Positions 43,787-56,180 of a DNA stretch of 64,000 nt are shown in pieces. The position numbers and the translations under genes are program-made. The DNA is from the human T2T-CHM13v2.0 reference genome, Homo sapiens: the NCBI RefSeq assembly GCF_009914755.1, contig NC_060932.1. The stretch is one strand, 5' to 3'. Each line of letters begins with the position of its first letter. Position 1 is the first letter of the stretch. The notes under the pieces are model-generated. The model was not told the DNA's origin, did not search any database, and saw only the letters and a list, made by a program, of their open reading frames with translations.

Positions 43787-46700
43787 CTTTTTTTTTCTTT
43801 TTCTTTACACTGCTTCCTAATTTCAACCAACAGCCCTTTAGACTAGCGGCTCCTCTCCTCGGTTCTCTAGCTGCGGTGCAGACAGGTGGTTTCCCAACTA
43901 ACAGGGGTTCAGGAAGGCTGAAGCGAGGGAGGTCTGCTTGTAAATACCCAGTGGGCCTGGCTGGGCTCCCTGGAAGGCGAGGCGAAGGCGCAGTTGGAGC
44001 TGTTTGCTGTGAGCAGCACCTCTCCAGGTGGGGCCGCCCATGGTGGCCCTCAACACTGGGGCAGTGGGTGGACTTTGCCCGGTGTGGCGGCAGGAAGAGC
44101 TGCTAGCAACGGTATTAGCTCTGGGAGGACACTTTTTTAAATATATAATATATATTTAAATAGAAAAACCCTACTCAAGTCCTAGCCCGGGCGACAGCAC
44201 ATCTGTGTGTTTGTGGTGTGGAAAGCCAAAACATTAAAAACACATGTGCACTTATCAGCGTGGCTGGTGTAAATACCAAGTCCATCACTCAGGCACACAT
44301 GCTAAGGTTAGACCCAGTCCAGGAACTTCAAGTTAAAATCAAGGGTCCCCACTAGGGCAGACGCCAAGAGGACGGTATCAGCACAACAGCTCGGCCCCCA
44401 GGAACAGAAGTCTCTCTGCCACCTTCTACCTCGAATTCCTGAGAATTCTTCGTAGGTTTCAAACATTCCCCTGAGAGGGAGGGTTAAGCTCTGGAGAGCT
44501 GGGAGTGAGACCCGGACTATCCCGGGACAGAAGACCACAGCAAATAGTTCATGAAGTTCCTGGAGTCTCCATATCTTCTGTCCCTAAGTGCGGGTGGAGA
44601 GAGGCTGATATATTCATAGCCCAGTCTGAGCGCACACCCCATGTGGCAAAGGGGTCACAGATCTTAGCGCTCCACAGAGACACTATAGGGCGCGCTGCCT
44701 TGCCCGCCAGCTTGTTTGTAAAGCTCTAGGGAGCTTGCTTTGGACTCTGCAAACCTAATTTCTTGATGGACAGATTCCAAGTGAAATGACTAGAGTTTGT
44801 GAAGAAGCAGGGCTGTTTTCTTAAAGCATTCGTGCCCGTACAGACACGGTGATTCCACGGTGCACACAGGAGGCTTCTGCAGATGGATGACTTCTCTGTC
44901 ATTTCGTGGCCAATGGAAGATGCCTTGACACTCAAAAGGTGACATGGAGGCTGGAAGGAAAACACAGAGAAGAGAGAGCAAGATCGGGATGGCCAAGGGT
45001 TAATCCCAAGACAATTGGTGAGGCCGGCCTGTGGAGCTGAGGAAGACATTCCTCACAGAGAATAAGACCGCAGGAGACCCGGCAACTGTGTCTCAATTCA
45101 AGGGGCATTTAGAGAAAAATGCTGTTTGGTAGGGGGTCTTTTTGTCTCCTAGGGCCAGGCCCTCCACCTCAAGCCAAATGCGTCTGTTTGCTCACTGCAA
45201 AGATGGATGTTTGCAGATAACATCCTCTCACCTCTGAACCCAGGCTTAGCTGACCGCTCACTCACGTTTTCAGTTTTCCCGAATGGCAGGAGGACTTGTG
45301 TCTGTCCACGGTTAAATGCTGGAAATTCGTCCAGGTGACTGCCCTGGAAGTCCCAAGTCAGGAGTAAATCTCACAAATCCATTCAGGGGAAGACCTCGCC
45401 TATGTCTGGTCACTCCGAGTAGACTTTGATCACCTCCAGTCACCACCTCCCCCACTCACCCCTAGTGGTCCTACTGCTTTACTGACCCCTGCTGGGAACA
45501 CAGTTGTCTCTCCGTGGAACAGGGAGTGATGGGAGAAGACCCCAAATCCTAAATCCAGTGCACTCCTGACTCCTCCCAGACCCAGCTGGAAAGGAAGGAC
45601 CCTAAGACCTCAGTCCCACCGAGAGACTTTAATCCATTCCTGGGATGTGGGAGAGGGACCACCCGCCCCCCGTCCTCTCGGGAAATTCACATGCTGCATA
45701 ACAGCACCAGGCAGAACAGCCTGAAGACTTTGTATTGCAGAGGTACATACAGTACTTTTGTCCTTTTACTTATTGTCAACTCTTTGCACTTCAAAATCCA
45801 GTCCCCCTTTTCCTAATGGCAAGTGTGTGTGTGTTTGTGTGTGCACGCACTCCTGTGTGTACAGCAGAAGGTTCTAGAACAAAGGCCCTTTAAACATGCA
45901 ACTGACATGACAGAGCTCCCAGATATGAGGGTTCCTGAGTATGAGAACTGTGGGCCAGGAGACATATCCTCCCTCCTTTTTGAATGGCTTAAATAAACAG
46001 AGGCAAAATGCAGCTTTAACTTATGTTTCTCATTTCCCAGAAGTTCTGCTTTTCCCACACTGCTAGATGCCCATGCATGAAGCCTGAAAGTTCGTCCTCT
46101 GTTGCTTCAAAACACCAGCTTCAGGAGGCATTCTCAGTTCTTCAGCCTCCACAGAGGGTCACAGAGGGCCCCCCCAGGTGCCTCCCAGGTGGCCTCTTCC
46201 CACACGCAGAGCTTTTTCCTGGCTTCTCCTGGAAAAACTGGGAGGGGAGCCTTCCCAGCCACAGCTCCCATTGTGTTCCACTATCATATCATCAGTGATG
46301 TCTGCCATCCTCTCCAAAGATACATTCAGCTCGCTCTCCCTCAGCCAGCAGCACTAGGGAGGGAGCTCCCGCCTGAAGCTGGGTATCTGTGGGTCAGGGG
46401 CAATGCCAAGGAAAGCATGCTGGCCCACAGTCAGTGGACACAGGCTACAGCCTCAGCTCTGCTCCTAACTGGCTGGGCGACTCATGGGAATCGCACTTCC
46501 TCTCTCTGGTCTTAGTGTTCTCATCTGTGAAACAGAGCTATTAATGCCTGCCCGGCTGCCCTGCTAGCTCAGAAGTGTGAATTCTCAGCATGTAGGGTCA
46601 CTCGAGGCACATCCTTAGACTTCCAGGCAAGTCTGAAGGGGCCAAAGTGGTATTCGTTGTCAGATGCCTTGAAACCTGGTCATGCTCTTACTTGGACAAG

Positions 46701-46886
46701 CTTCTTCTGCATTCTGCCTCTGTAGATGTGTAATCCTGATCCTTTCTAACTCTTTAAAGAACTGGCCTGACCTGCTAACTGAAGTCTGGGAATGTCTGGG
46801 AAGCATCTTAAAAATTTGGAGTTGAAGGCAAATTCCAGCCCCATCTCTTCATCTCTTCTTAGAGTAAGCACCCCTACCTCTTCATC

Positions 46887-47047
46887 TTTTTTTTTTTTTT
46901 TTTTTTGATACAGAGTCTCACTCTGTTCCCCAGGCTGGAGCGCAGTGGCAGGACCTTGGCTCACTGCAGCCTTGACCTCCTGGGCTCAGGCAATCCTGCC
47001 ACCTCAGCCTCCCAAGTAGCTGGGACTCCAGATGCAGGCCACCACAC

Positions 47048-47085
<38 letters not shown>

Positions 47086-47200
47086 AGCAATGGGATTTTG
47101 CTATGTTATCCAGGCTGGTTTTGAACTCCTAGCCCCAAGCAATCCTCCTGTCTCAGCCTCCCAGAGTGTTGGGATTACAGGGGTGAGCCACCGCACCCAG
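46887..47200 (-). mobile_element. AluJ-like with an expanded poly(T) linker
   Basis: Antisense Alu with about 30 T in the middle. Confidence 0.88.
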
Positions 47201-47952
47201 TCCTCTGCACCATTCTTGACAGAAGCTAACGGAGCATCCCTTTTATTTGTTTGGGATATAGTCACCAAGTTCAGACAATCCACTAGAATGTTCTTCCTTC
47301 CTTGAAGGGAAACTCTGCTCCCTGTAATTTCTTACTAGGCCATCCTAGGATCAGTTCCTATCGTAAGCAGCCAGGAAGACACCCTCAGCGGAGCCCCAAA
47401 CTGGGAGGCCAAGGTCACCGTCCCCGCCCCTCCACTCAGACAGTCACACCTGCCCACTCTCCAGGCGAGGTTCTGTCAAACTGGGCTTGACAATTTTTGT
47501 TCATTTATTACTACATTAATTAATTTATAATTTATATTATAAATATATTCATGCCTATAAATATAATTTTTATATAAATAAATGAAGACTTGTATACCAC
47601 CTCTTAGAAAGAAGAGAACTAAAAATAAAAGGCATATTTTAAGATGACTTTTTAAATAGAAATAAAAATATCAAATGGACTATTTCTCTGATTAAAATTC
47701 TCACACACTCTTTGTCCACAGGAAAAAGCCCAACCTCCAGGATAGTATCAAGACTCAGCCCTGACCCCCATGACCTCTCCAGCTTCACCTCCCCAGCACC
47801 CCCCACCAGCCTAGTTTCCAGTCTCCAGAAGTACTTGCACTTTCCCACCCAATGGCTTCTCGCTTGCCTCTCATCCTGGGCTCATGCTGTGTGCACATGC
47901 TGTTTTCTCTATCTGTAATGCCTTTCACTACTTTTGTACAAACTACTACTCA

Positions 47953-48521
<569 letters not shown>

Positions 48522-48569
48522 CCACCCACTTATCCTAACAATGTTGTCTCCTCCAGGAAGCCAGGCCTG

Positions 48570-48765
48570 ACCTCCTCCATCCCTAGTCAGATTCACCCAC
48601 TCTGTGCCTGCAGACACTCCGTGTACATTTATAACTGGTCCCTTCCATGTACATCGTACAGTGCAGTGAGCTCTTAGAGGCCAGGACCTTGTCTTATTTT
48701 GTCTTACCCATTCCACATCTCCAGCATCTAGTACAATGCCATGCATATACTGAGTGCTCAATAAT
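48570..48765 (+). mobile_element. L2 3' end
   Basis: catctccagcatctagtacaatgcc...gtgctcaataa. Confidence 0.55.
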
Positions 48766-51282
48766 TACCCCCACCCCAACAAACAAATAAAGGGGAGACA
48801 GACATGTGAAATACCCAGGTTCTTAGGGGTGCTACCCTTGCACATTGATTTTGTGCGATGTTTTCTGAGAACAAAGGTAATACGCCAGCATGAATAGCTC
48901 CCATCGTTCTCTTTGTCTTTGAAAAAGGAAAATCTTTTCTAGATCTGAATCCTAAGGGAACTGATCATCAGTGCCTTATACAAGGACAGCAAACATAGTG
49001 TGGGACTTCTTTATTGGATCTCTTCCCATCCCAGAGCTGACCCTGTGGACAGATGCCACATCCGATTCACTCCTCTCTCCCCAGGGCTTGCACCGAGCAG
49101 GTGGCTCCATGGAGGGTGGGTTGGTCAATGCAGTGGCCCATTCCCACAAATCCTCACACAATGCTGTATAAAAACAGGAGCTGGCATCTGGGAGGCTAGA
49201 GTTTCTGGGAGCCTTGTATGCCAAGTGGGGGTGGGGACTGGGGAGCAAGAGAAGGTAGAAGGGGGCTCCACAGTGTGACACCTGGAGTCGGATCCTGGCG
49301 ACGGGGCTCAAGGCTTGGCTGGGACATCACAGAGCACCAGACACAGGTCTTTAGGAAGCCCCTGCCCCTCTGGGAATCCCAGGCAAGTGAAAGTGAAGTG
49401 GCACATGCTTCAGTGACCTGAAGCCCATAAATCTGCCGGGATGGCTGCGGGGAGGGCAGCGGCCCAGCGCCGGGACACATTCCCCGAGGAGCCATGTGCT
49501 TATTTACCTAACCCTTCAAGGCAGTGGAGCCAGACGGTGCATAGCCTTCATTGGGGGATTGAGCCTGGAGCAAGCCGGATATAAATGAGGTGCTAGCGAG
49601 AGGAACGGGGGAGTGCCCATCATCACACTCCTGCCTGGCAGGAAAGCCTTCCCTGCTCCCAAGAACTGGTAACCTCAGCTGGGGAAGCCTCGCCTCCAAG
49701 TCTCCATCCAGGCAAGCCTCCTCCCCACAGTCTCTCTCAGCCTGAATAACACATCTGCCATCTGCCATTTAAGGGGCATTACTCACCTGGGCGAAGGCAG
49801 AATCCCCTGTCGCATAGGAAGATGCCTTGCTGCAGTCTTTTCCGATTTGCTCTCTGCATGCATTATGGCATTTGGGCCTCACCAAAAGCTTCTGAGCTGG
49901 CTGAGAAGTTCATTACTTTCATTTGACAGAAGAAGATACAGAAGCTCAGGGTAGTGGGACCCTGACTAGCAGTCCAGCCACCAAAGCACTGTGGTGGAGG
50001 CCAGTCGCAGGTCAGGAAGCACAGATCTTTGGACTCCAAATCCTGCTGGCTTTGCAGTAGACCTGGCTTTGCTGAAGGCCAGTCCCTGGGGAGAGAAACC
50101 TGGAGAGCCCTTGCAGCCAGCAACATCTGATTGTCCATTCATTTACCAGGCTCTCTTCCTGGACCTCCACCAGAGACTGTACAAGGTGCACAAAAACGTG
50201 AGCCACGCATGTCAGACCCGTGACCGCTACAAGAAGATGGCCTGAGACGTGGCCCAGGAATTGAAGAAAGACACTTTCAGTTTTCAGAGAGAGAGAGATC
50301 CTTTTCTATGAGAAAATGTCCCAGGAAGGCTGGATGGCCACTGAGCCCACTGAGAGAGCGCTGCAGGTGCTCCAGAAAGAAAATGGCCACAACAGGCAGA
50401 AGCTGGCTGACTCCAAGGCCGTTTCAGGCTTTCCTGAGTGGCACTTTGGCCCCTAGGGCTCCACCCACAGCCCACAGGGGCCTGGAAGTGCCAGGGGGAC
50501 TGTGAGCCTTCAGGGCTCCCAGGAGGGAGGCGGGTCACAATGCCAGGGTTTGGGTCCAGAGCACCTGCCAGTTTGATTCTGTTTTCCCATAACCAAGTCC
50601 TGAATGCCCAGAGACTCGGCACAACGTCAGCCGGTGCTCCTCCCTTTAAAGCACTTTTGATGGATCCCCTGTTAGTTTAGCTACTGTTCATTAGTTCCTG
50701 CTGAAATTGCTGTCATTGATGTTTGATAGATAGCATTAGGACTGTAAGGTACTATTTTCCAAATAAAGATTGTTTAATATAAAATATATATGTATTTTAT
50801 ATTATATATATTTTATAACATAATATATATGTGTATATAGAAAGCCCAATATGGCATGGCACCAACCAATCAGATTGCATGCAGACAAAAAAAACCTCCT
50901 TTGCAGCCTGACAGGTGCATGCCAGTGGGGTCCCAGTGTGGGGGAATTCATAGCCTCCAGCCTCTGTGCAGAGCTCACGCTGCCCCCACAAGCTGGGCCG
51001 TCTTCCCAGCACACATCTCAGGTTTGGCTAATGGGCTTCATCTGCCTGGTCTCTCCCCAGTCTCCCTGTACATCATGGCTGTCAGAGCACCACTCTTCTT
51101 GTTTTGCATGTTTGCATGTCCGGAGTTCTAGAAGCTTCTTGAAGACAGAATCTGTATCTTTTTTGTATTTGTATCTCTAGTGCCTGCCACATGGTAGGTG
51201 TGCAGTAGTCATGTGATTGCTGAGCAAATCACCGTCTCAAGACTCATCTTTTTCATTTGATTGTCTCAATACTCTGTACTTA

Positions 51283-51663
<381 letters not shown>

Positions 51664-52059
51664 TCATAGGACCCTTCCAGTAGGAGGCTAAACAGAGGGA
51701 TGCAGAGCAATGTGGGTGCATGGATGAGACAAACTGGGGCCTCCTGGAGAAAGGGTGTCCTGCAACCTAGGAACTGGAACAGGAGGAAGGTGTCAAACTT
51801 CCCGGTATGTGGAAGAGTTGCTCAAGATGGGTTTCCTCAGTCTTAAATAGGCATTGGATTCACCTAGGAATCTTGTTAAAATGCAAATTATGATTGAGTA
51901 GGTCCGAGGGGGGCTACTAAAAATTAGAACCTCCATGACAGATGATTCTAATTTTTACTGTCTCCTACAACTTTGCTCCTCCAAGTGTGGTCCGCAGACC
52001 AGCAGCACCAGCATCTTCTGGGAACTTGTTAGAAATGCAAATCTCAAGCCAGCTCTGGC

Positions 52060-52405
52060 CAGTGAGAAGGAGGTAGAAGTTGGTAAGTGTGGCACCCTGG
52101 AGCACATCATAAGAAAGATAGCCTTAGAGATTTTGCCTCTTCCCTCTGCTTCCCACCTGGAATTTAGCTGTGATGCCTGAGGTACAGCAGCTCTCTGGCA
52201 ACCATGAGGATGAATGCCAGCAGACCAGTATGGTGGAGCAGAAGGAAAGAACCTGGGTCTCAAGGAGTCCCTGCACCAGCCCTGCACTGCCCACCTGGGG
52301 ATTCTCACTGGGGAGACCTATAATCTGTCTCCCTCACTTGCTTAAATCCAAAGTCATTTTGATTTTCTCTTTCATGCAGCTAAAACCAAACCTCACTGGC
52401 ACAGG
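52060..52405 (+). mobile_element. Old ERVL-class LTR fragment (LTR16/LTR33/MLT1-like)
   Basis: cagcagctctctggcaaccatgagg...ggagcagaaggaaagaacctgggtc...ttttctctttcatgcagctaaaacc...ctggcaca. Subfamily uncertain. Confidence 0.5.
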
Positions 52406-54138
52406 TATGTAATTCTCACAATAGGCAGGAAGCTCAAAGACTGCAGGTTCTAATTTTTACTGTCTCCTAAGACTTTGCTACTCAAAATGTGGTCCCCAGA
52501 CCAGCAGCATCAGCATCTTCTAGGACCTTAACAGAAATGCAGACACTCAGCCCACCCGCCGCCCACCCCAGGCATAACAATTAGTGTTTGCATTTTAACA
52601 AGACTCCTAGGTGAATCCGATGCCTGTTTAAGACTGAGAAACCCCATCTTCAGAAACTCCTCCATGAACCTGGAAGTTTGCACATCTTCCTCCTGTTCCG
52701 ATTCCTATGGCTGTGGAGCACCCTTTTTTCTGTTGTCCCTATTTGTGTTCTGTCTCACCCATGAACCTGCATCGCTCTGTAGCCCTCTGTTTAGCCTCCC
52801 ACTGGAAGGGTCCTATGAGCCCCCACTTTTCAGAAGAGGAGACCAAGTCACAAAGAGGTTCCTCAGATGCCCCAAGGACAGAGCATTGAGACAATCAAAT
52901 GAAATAAAGTTCTCAGGCAGAAAGAGTGGACAAAGCAACTCTCTTAAGGACACAGGCGCCAGGAGGGTGGGGGCAGGTCACAAAGTAAAAGTGCAGGCAG
53001 TGAGGAAACGCTGCCTCTTGGCCCCTCAGAGGCTGACGGCAGCAGCAGAACAGACTTTGCTTTCTTCCCCACACGTGGTGGCACCAGCAGCTGTGTATCT
53101 GGAGGCTTCTGTAATCTTCCAGCAGTTTCCCATTCAATCATATTTAATATCTGTCCCTATAAAAACATTGCCTTTTATCAAATTCTTCTAACACAGCATT
53201 ATAAGACAGCCATGGCTCCCCCACCCAGAAAAGCACAATTTGTCCATCGAACCCATTTGTTCTTTATTTTTTAACAGCAGTCTAGGCCACTGAATTGCTT
53301 AATACACGGTAGGAAGGTCCATAAATAACAACTTCCCATGGAGATCCACTTAGCCTTGGAGTGCTTTCCAAGTTCTGCATTAAGTCCTCTGGTGTGAAGG
53401 GTTTTCCAGCCATTTAGGTCCATAAATATATATAACCGGCTGCTTCCTAAATTGCTGCATAATCCTTACCACCATCACTTATGTTTTCTTTTATTGCCAT
53501 TATCATTGGCCTCTTGACAGGAGAATAAAATATTCTTTCTGGAAGATGAAATGCTCTACATCCTGCACATTTTAACTCATCCAGATTCTTTTTGGTTTTA
53601 TTTCCGTCCCCACCCCAAGGAAATCGACTCTTCACAATTAATGGGGATTTCAGATTGGAGTTTAATTGCATCCTCTCTCTGCTGCTGACACAGCCTTGGC
53701 CGGTGGCAGGCACTGTCTGAGCTGTGTTCTCCCAGTTCCAGAAGTCAATGAATCAACAGGTGTCTATCAATCAACTGCTGTGTGCAGGTTCTGTGCTGGG
53801 TCACGTGAGGAAAAGAGAACATCAAAGATAGATTCCCAACCCCAAGAAGCACAAAGGTGGGAAGGAAAGATAACATAAAGGATAGCAGGGAAGATAACAG
53901 AGCCCATGGCTGGGGAGAGTGGAGGTGGGAAGAGTTTGGACTGAGGGGATGTCACAGCCAGTCAGGACAGCATGCTTCTTCTTAGTAGATCTATCTGCCC
54001 ACACTTTGTCTGGCAACCCAGAGAAACCAACAGACATGAGATGGACATGGCCCCAGAACCAACCCACTAGGACCCCACCTCAATCCCTCTGTGGAGTATG
54101 TTGCCCATACCCCACAGGACAGAGTGGGTGACAGCGCT

Positions 54139-54463
54139 CACTCTCTCTCCCTCTCACTTTCTCTTCCTCCCTCTCTTTCCTCCCTCCCTCTCTCTTCCCC
54201 CCCCCCGCCTCTCTCTCCTTCTTTCTCTTCCTCTCCCTCCTTGTTCTCTCCCTTTCTACCCCCCCTCTCCTTCTCTCCCTCATTCTTTCCCTCCTTCTTT
54301 TCCCTACCTCCCTCTCTTCCTCTCTCCCCCACCTCCCTCTCTTTCTCTCTCTCCCTCTCTCCCCCATCTCCTTCTCTCCCCCTCCCTCTTACCTCCTTCT
54401 CTCTTCCTCTCTCTCTCCCTCTCTCTCTTCCTCTCTCCTTTTCTCCCCCCTCACCCACCTCTA
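54139..54463. repeat. About 325-bp polypyrimidine/polypurine low-complexity tract
   Basis: Almost exclusively C and T on the + strand. Confidence 0.95.
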
Positions 54464-56105
54464 TCATTTTTGTTCATGTCCCACAAACTATTCTGAACAA
54501 GCAGGCTTTGAGCCTTCTGATATTTCTCCCCAAGTCTGGGTGGGGGTTGTTAATGAGAGGAAGCACACTTGTAATCAATAAGCGGTGGAGCCAGGCAGCC
54601 CTAACACCCAAGAAAGGAGAGAGCACTCTGAAGAATGAGCTCATGCAGCCTGTGACCAGGGCAGTCATACTTGCAAACCTCTGTCTTGTTAGAAAAGACA
54701 CCTGAGCCAGGACAGCTACACCCTGCCTTCCCTCCTTCCTCACCTTCAGCCTCTCTAAGGTGAAGGGCAGTCCTGGATGCAGCCCTCGCTTTGCAAAACA
54801 CAGGAGCGAGAAGTAGGGACCCAGAGACTCACACAAACCCCTGCTCCCTACTTAAAAGGGCACTGATAATGAATGCCTGCATGCAGCCTCTCTGTCTGCA
54901 AGCCGCTCTCCCACTTATCTCTCACACATCATATTTCTCAAGGTTCGGGCATCACTGACCCTAGAATGAGAGATCTGCAGGCTGCTCAAAACAAGCCCCA
55001 TGACTCTCCGTCCTCTGGAGGAGACTGTTCCTGCCAGGAAGGGGCTGCAGAGGAGAAGGAGCTGCAGACATATGTGGCACAATCAATGCAGGAGGCAGGG
55101 GCAGCGGTCCCCGTCACAGAGAAGTCACCGACCACCTCTGGCCTTCCCCTAGCCTCCAGGCTGCCCTCGTCACTGTGGTCCTCATGCCCCATTTCCACTG
55201 CTGGCCCTCTCCCCAGACTCTTGGTCACCCTCAACTCCTCTCCCATCCACATCGGGTGCCAGATGGGGTGCCTTCCCATGGCTGGCTTCAGGAACTCTTC
55301 TCCCCTCTGGGGTGGGGACCGGTGGGGCTGGAGAGCAGAGGGCTTGGTGGGGCGGCGGGGGCAGGGCCGGGGGTCGCAGTGGTCTATGGAATGCAGACCT
55401 CTGCCCACACTCAGGGGCCAGCCCAAAGGGCATAATAGAATACATTAGTCCCCAGAGCCATTCAGCCCTGCCTCTTTAAGAACAATGGTGGCAACTGAGC
55501 TAATTTTTGCCAAATGACTGGCTTCCGTCCATTGGGAGCAGAGTGGAGCCCACCAGACAAAGTCCATATTCAGGGCTTCAAGAGGGGCTGGCTGGTCGGC
55601 ACTGGGGCACTGGGCTACTTCCCAGGACCAGCAACCAGAGCATCCCAGTGCCCAGGAAAGGGCCTGAAGCTGACACCAGCCACTCAGGCCATCTGTCCCG
55701 GGGCGTGGGGGTGAAGCTGCCACTGAAAACGGGAAGCACACTCTTCGTTTTCAATACAAGAGAGCCTTGGTGCAGTGGTTGACTACAGAACAGTCTTTAT
55801 TATTTGGAGGTTCACTTAGGAAAAACCAACTTGGCTGCTGGAAGGGAAAGATGCTCATGTCAACCTATGTGAGGCACCTGCAATCAGGGAAAGAGCACTG
55901 GGCTAGGAGTCTGGTTTTCTAGCCTCAGTGGCCTTCCACAATCTCTTCTCCTCTCTGAGTCACAGGTCCTAAACATGTGAAGGGATTGGGCTAGATAGGC
56001 TCATGTCCTTTGTAACTTTGATGTTTTATGTAAAAAGAAAAGTCAGACCATGCTTCCTATGTGTCTCATAGTACATTGCTAAGCATTCAAAAAATAAAGG
56101 CTTTT

Positions 56106-56180
56106 GGAAGGAAGGAAGGAAGGAAGGAAGGGAGGGAGGGAGGGAGGGGGAGGGGAGGGGAGGGGAGAGAGAGAGGAGGG
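56106..56180. repeat. (GGAA)n/(GGGA)n/(GGGGA)n purine repeat
   Basis: ggaaggaaggaagg...gggagggagg...ggggagggg. Confidence 0.9.

Noticed and set aside
54080-54705. S/L/P-rich and E/R/G-rich ORFs
   Set aside because: Translations of the polypyrimidine tract.
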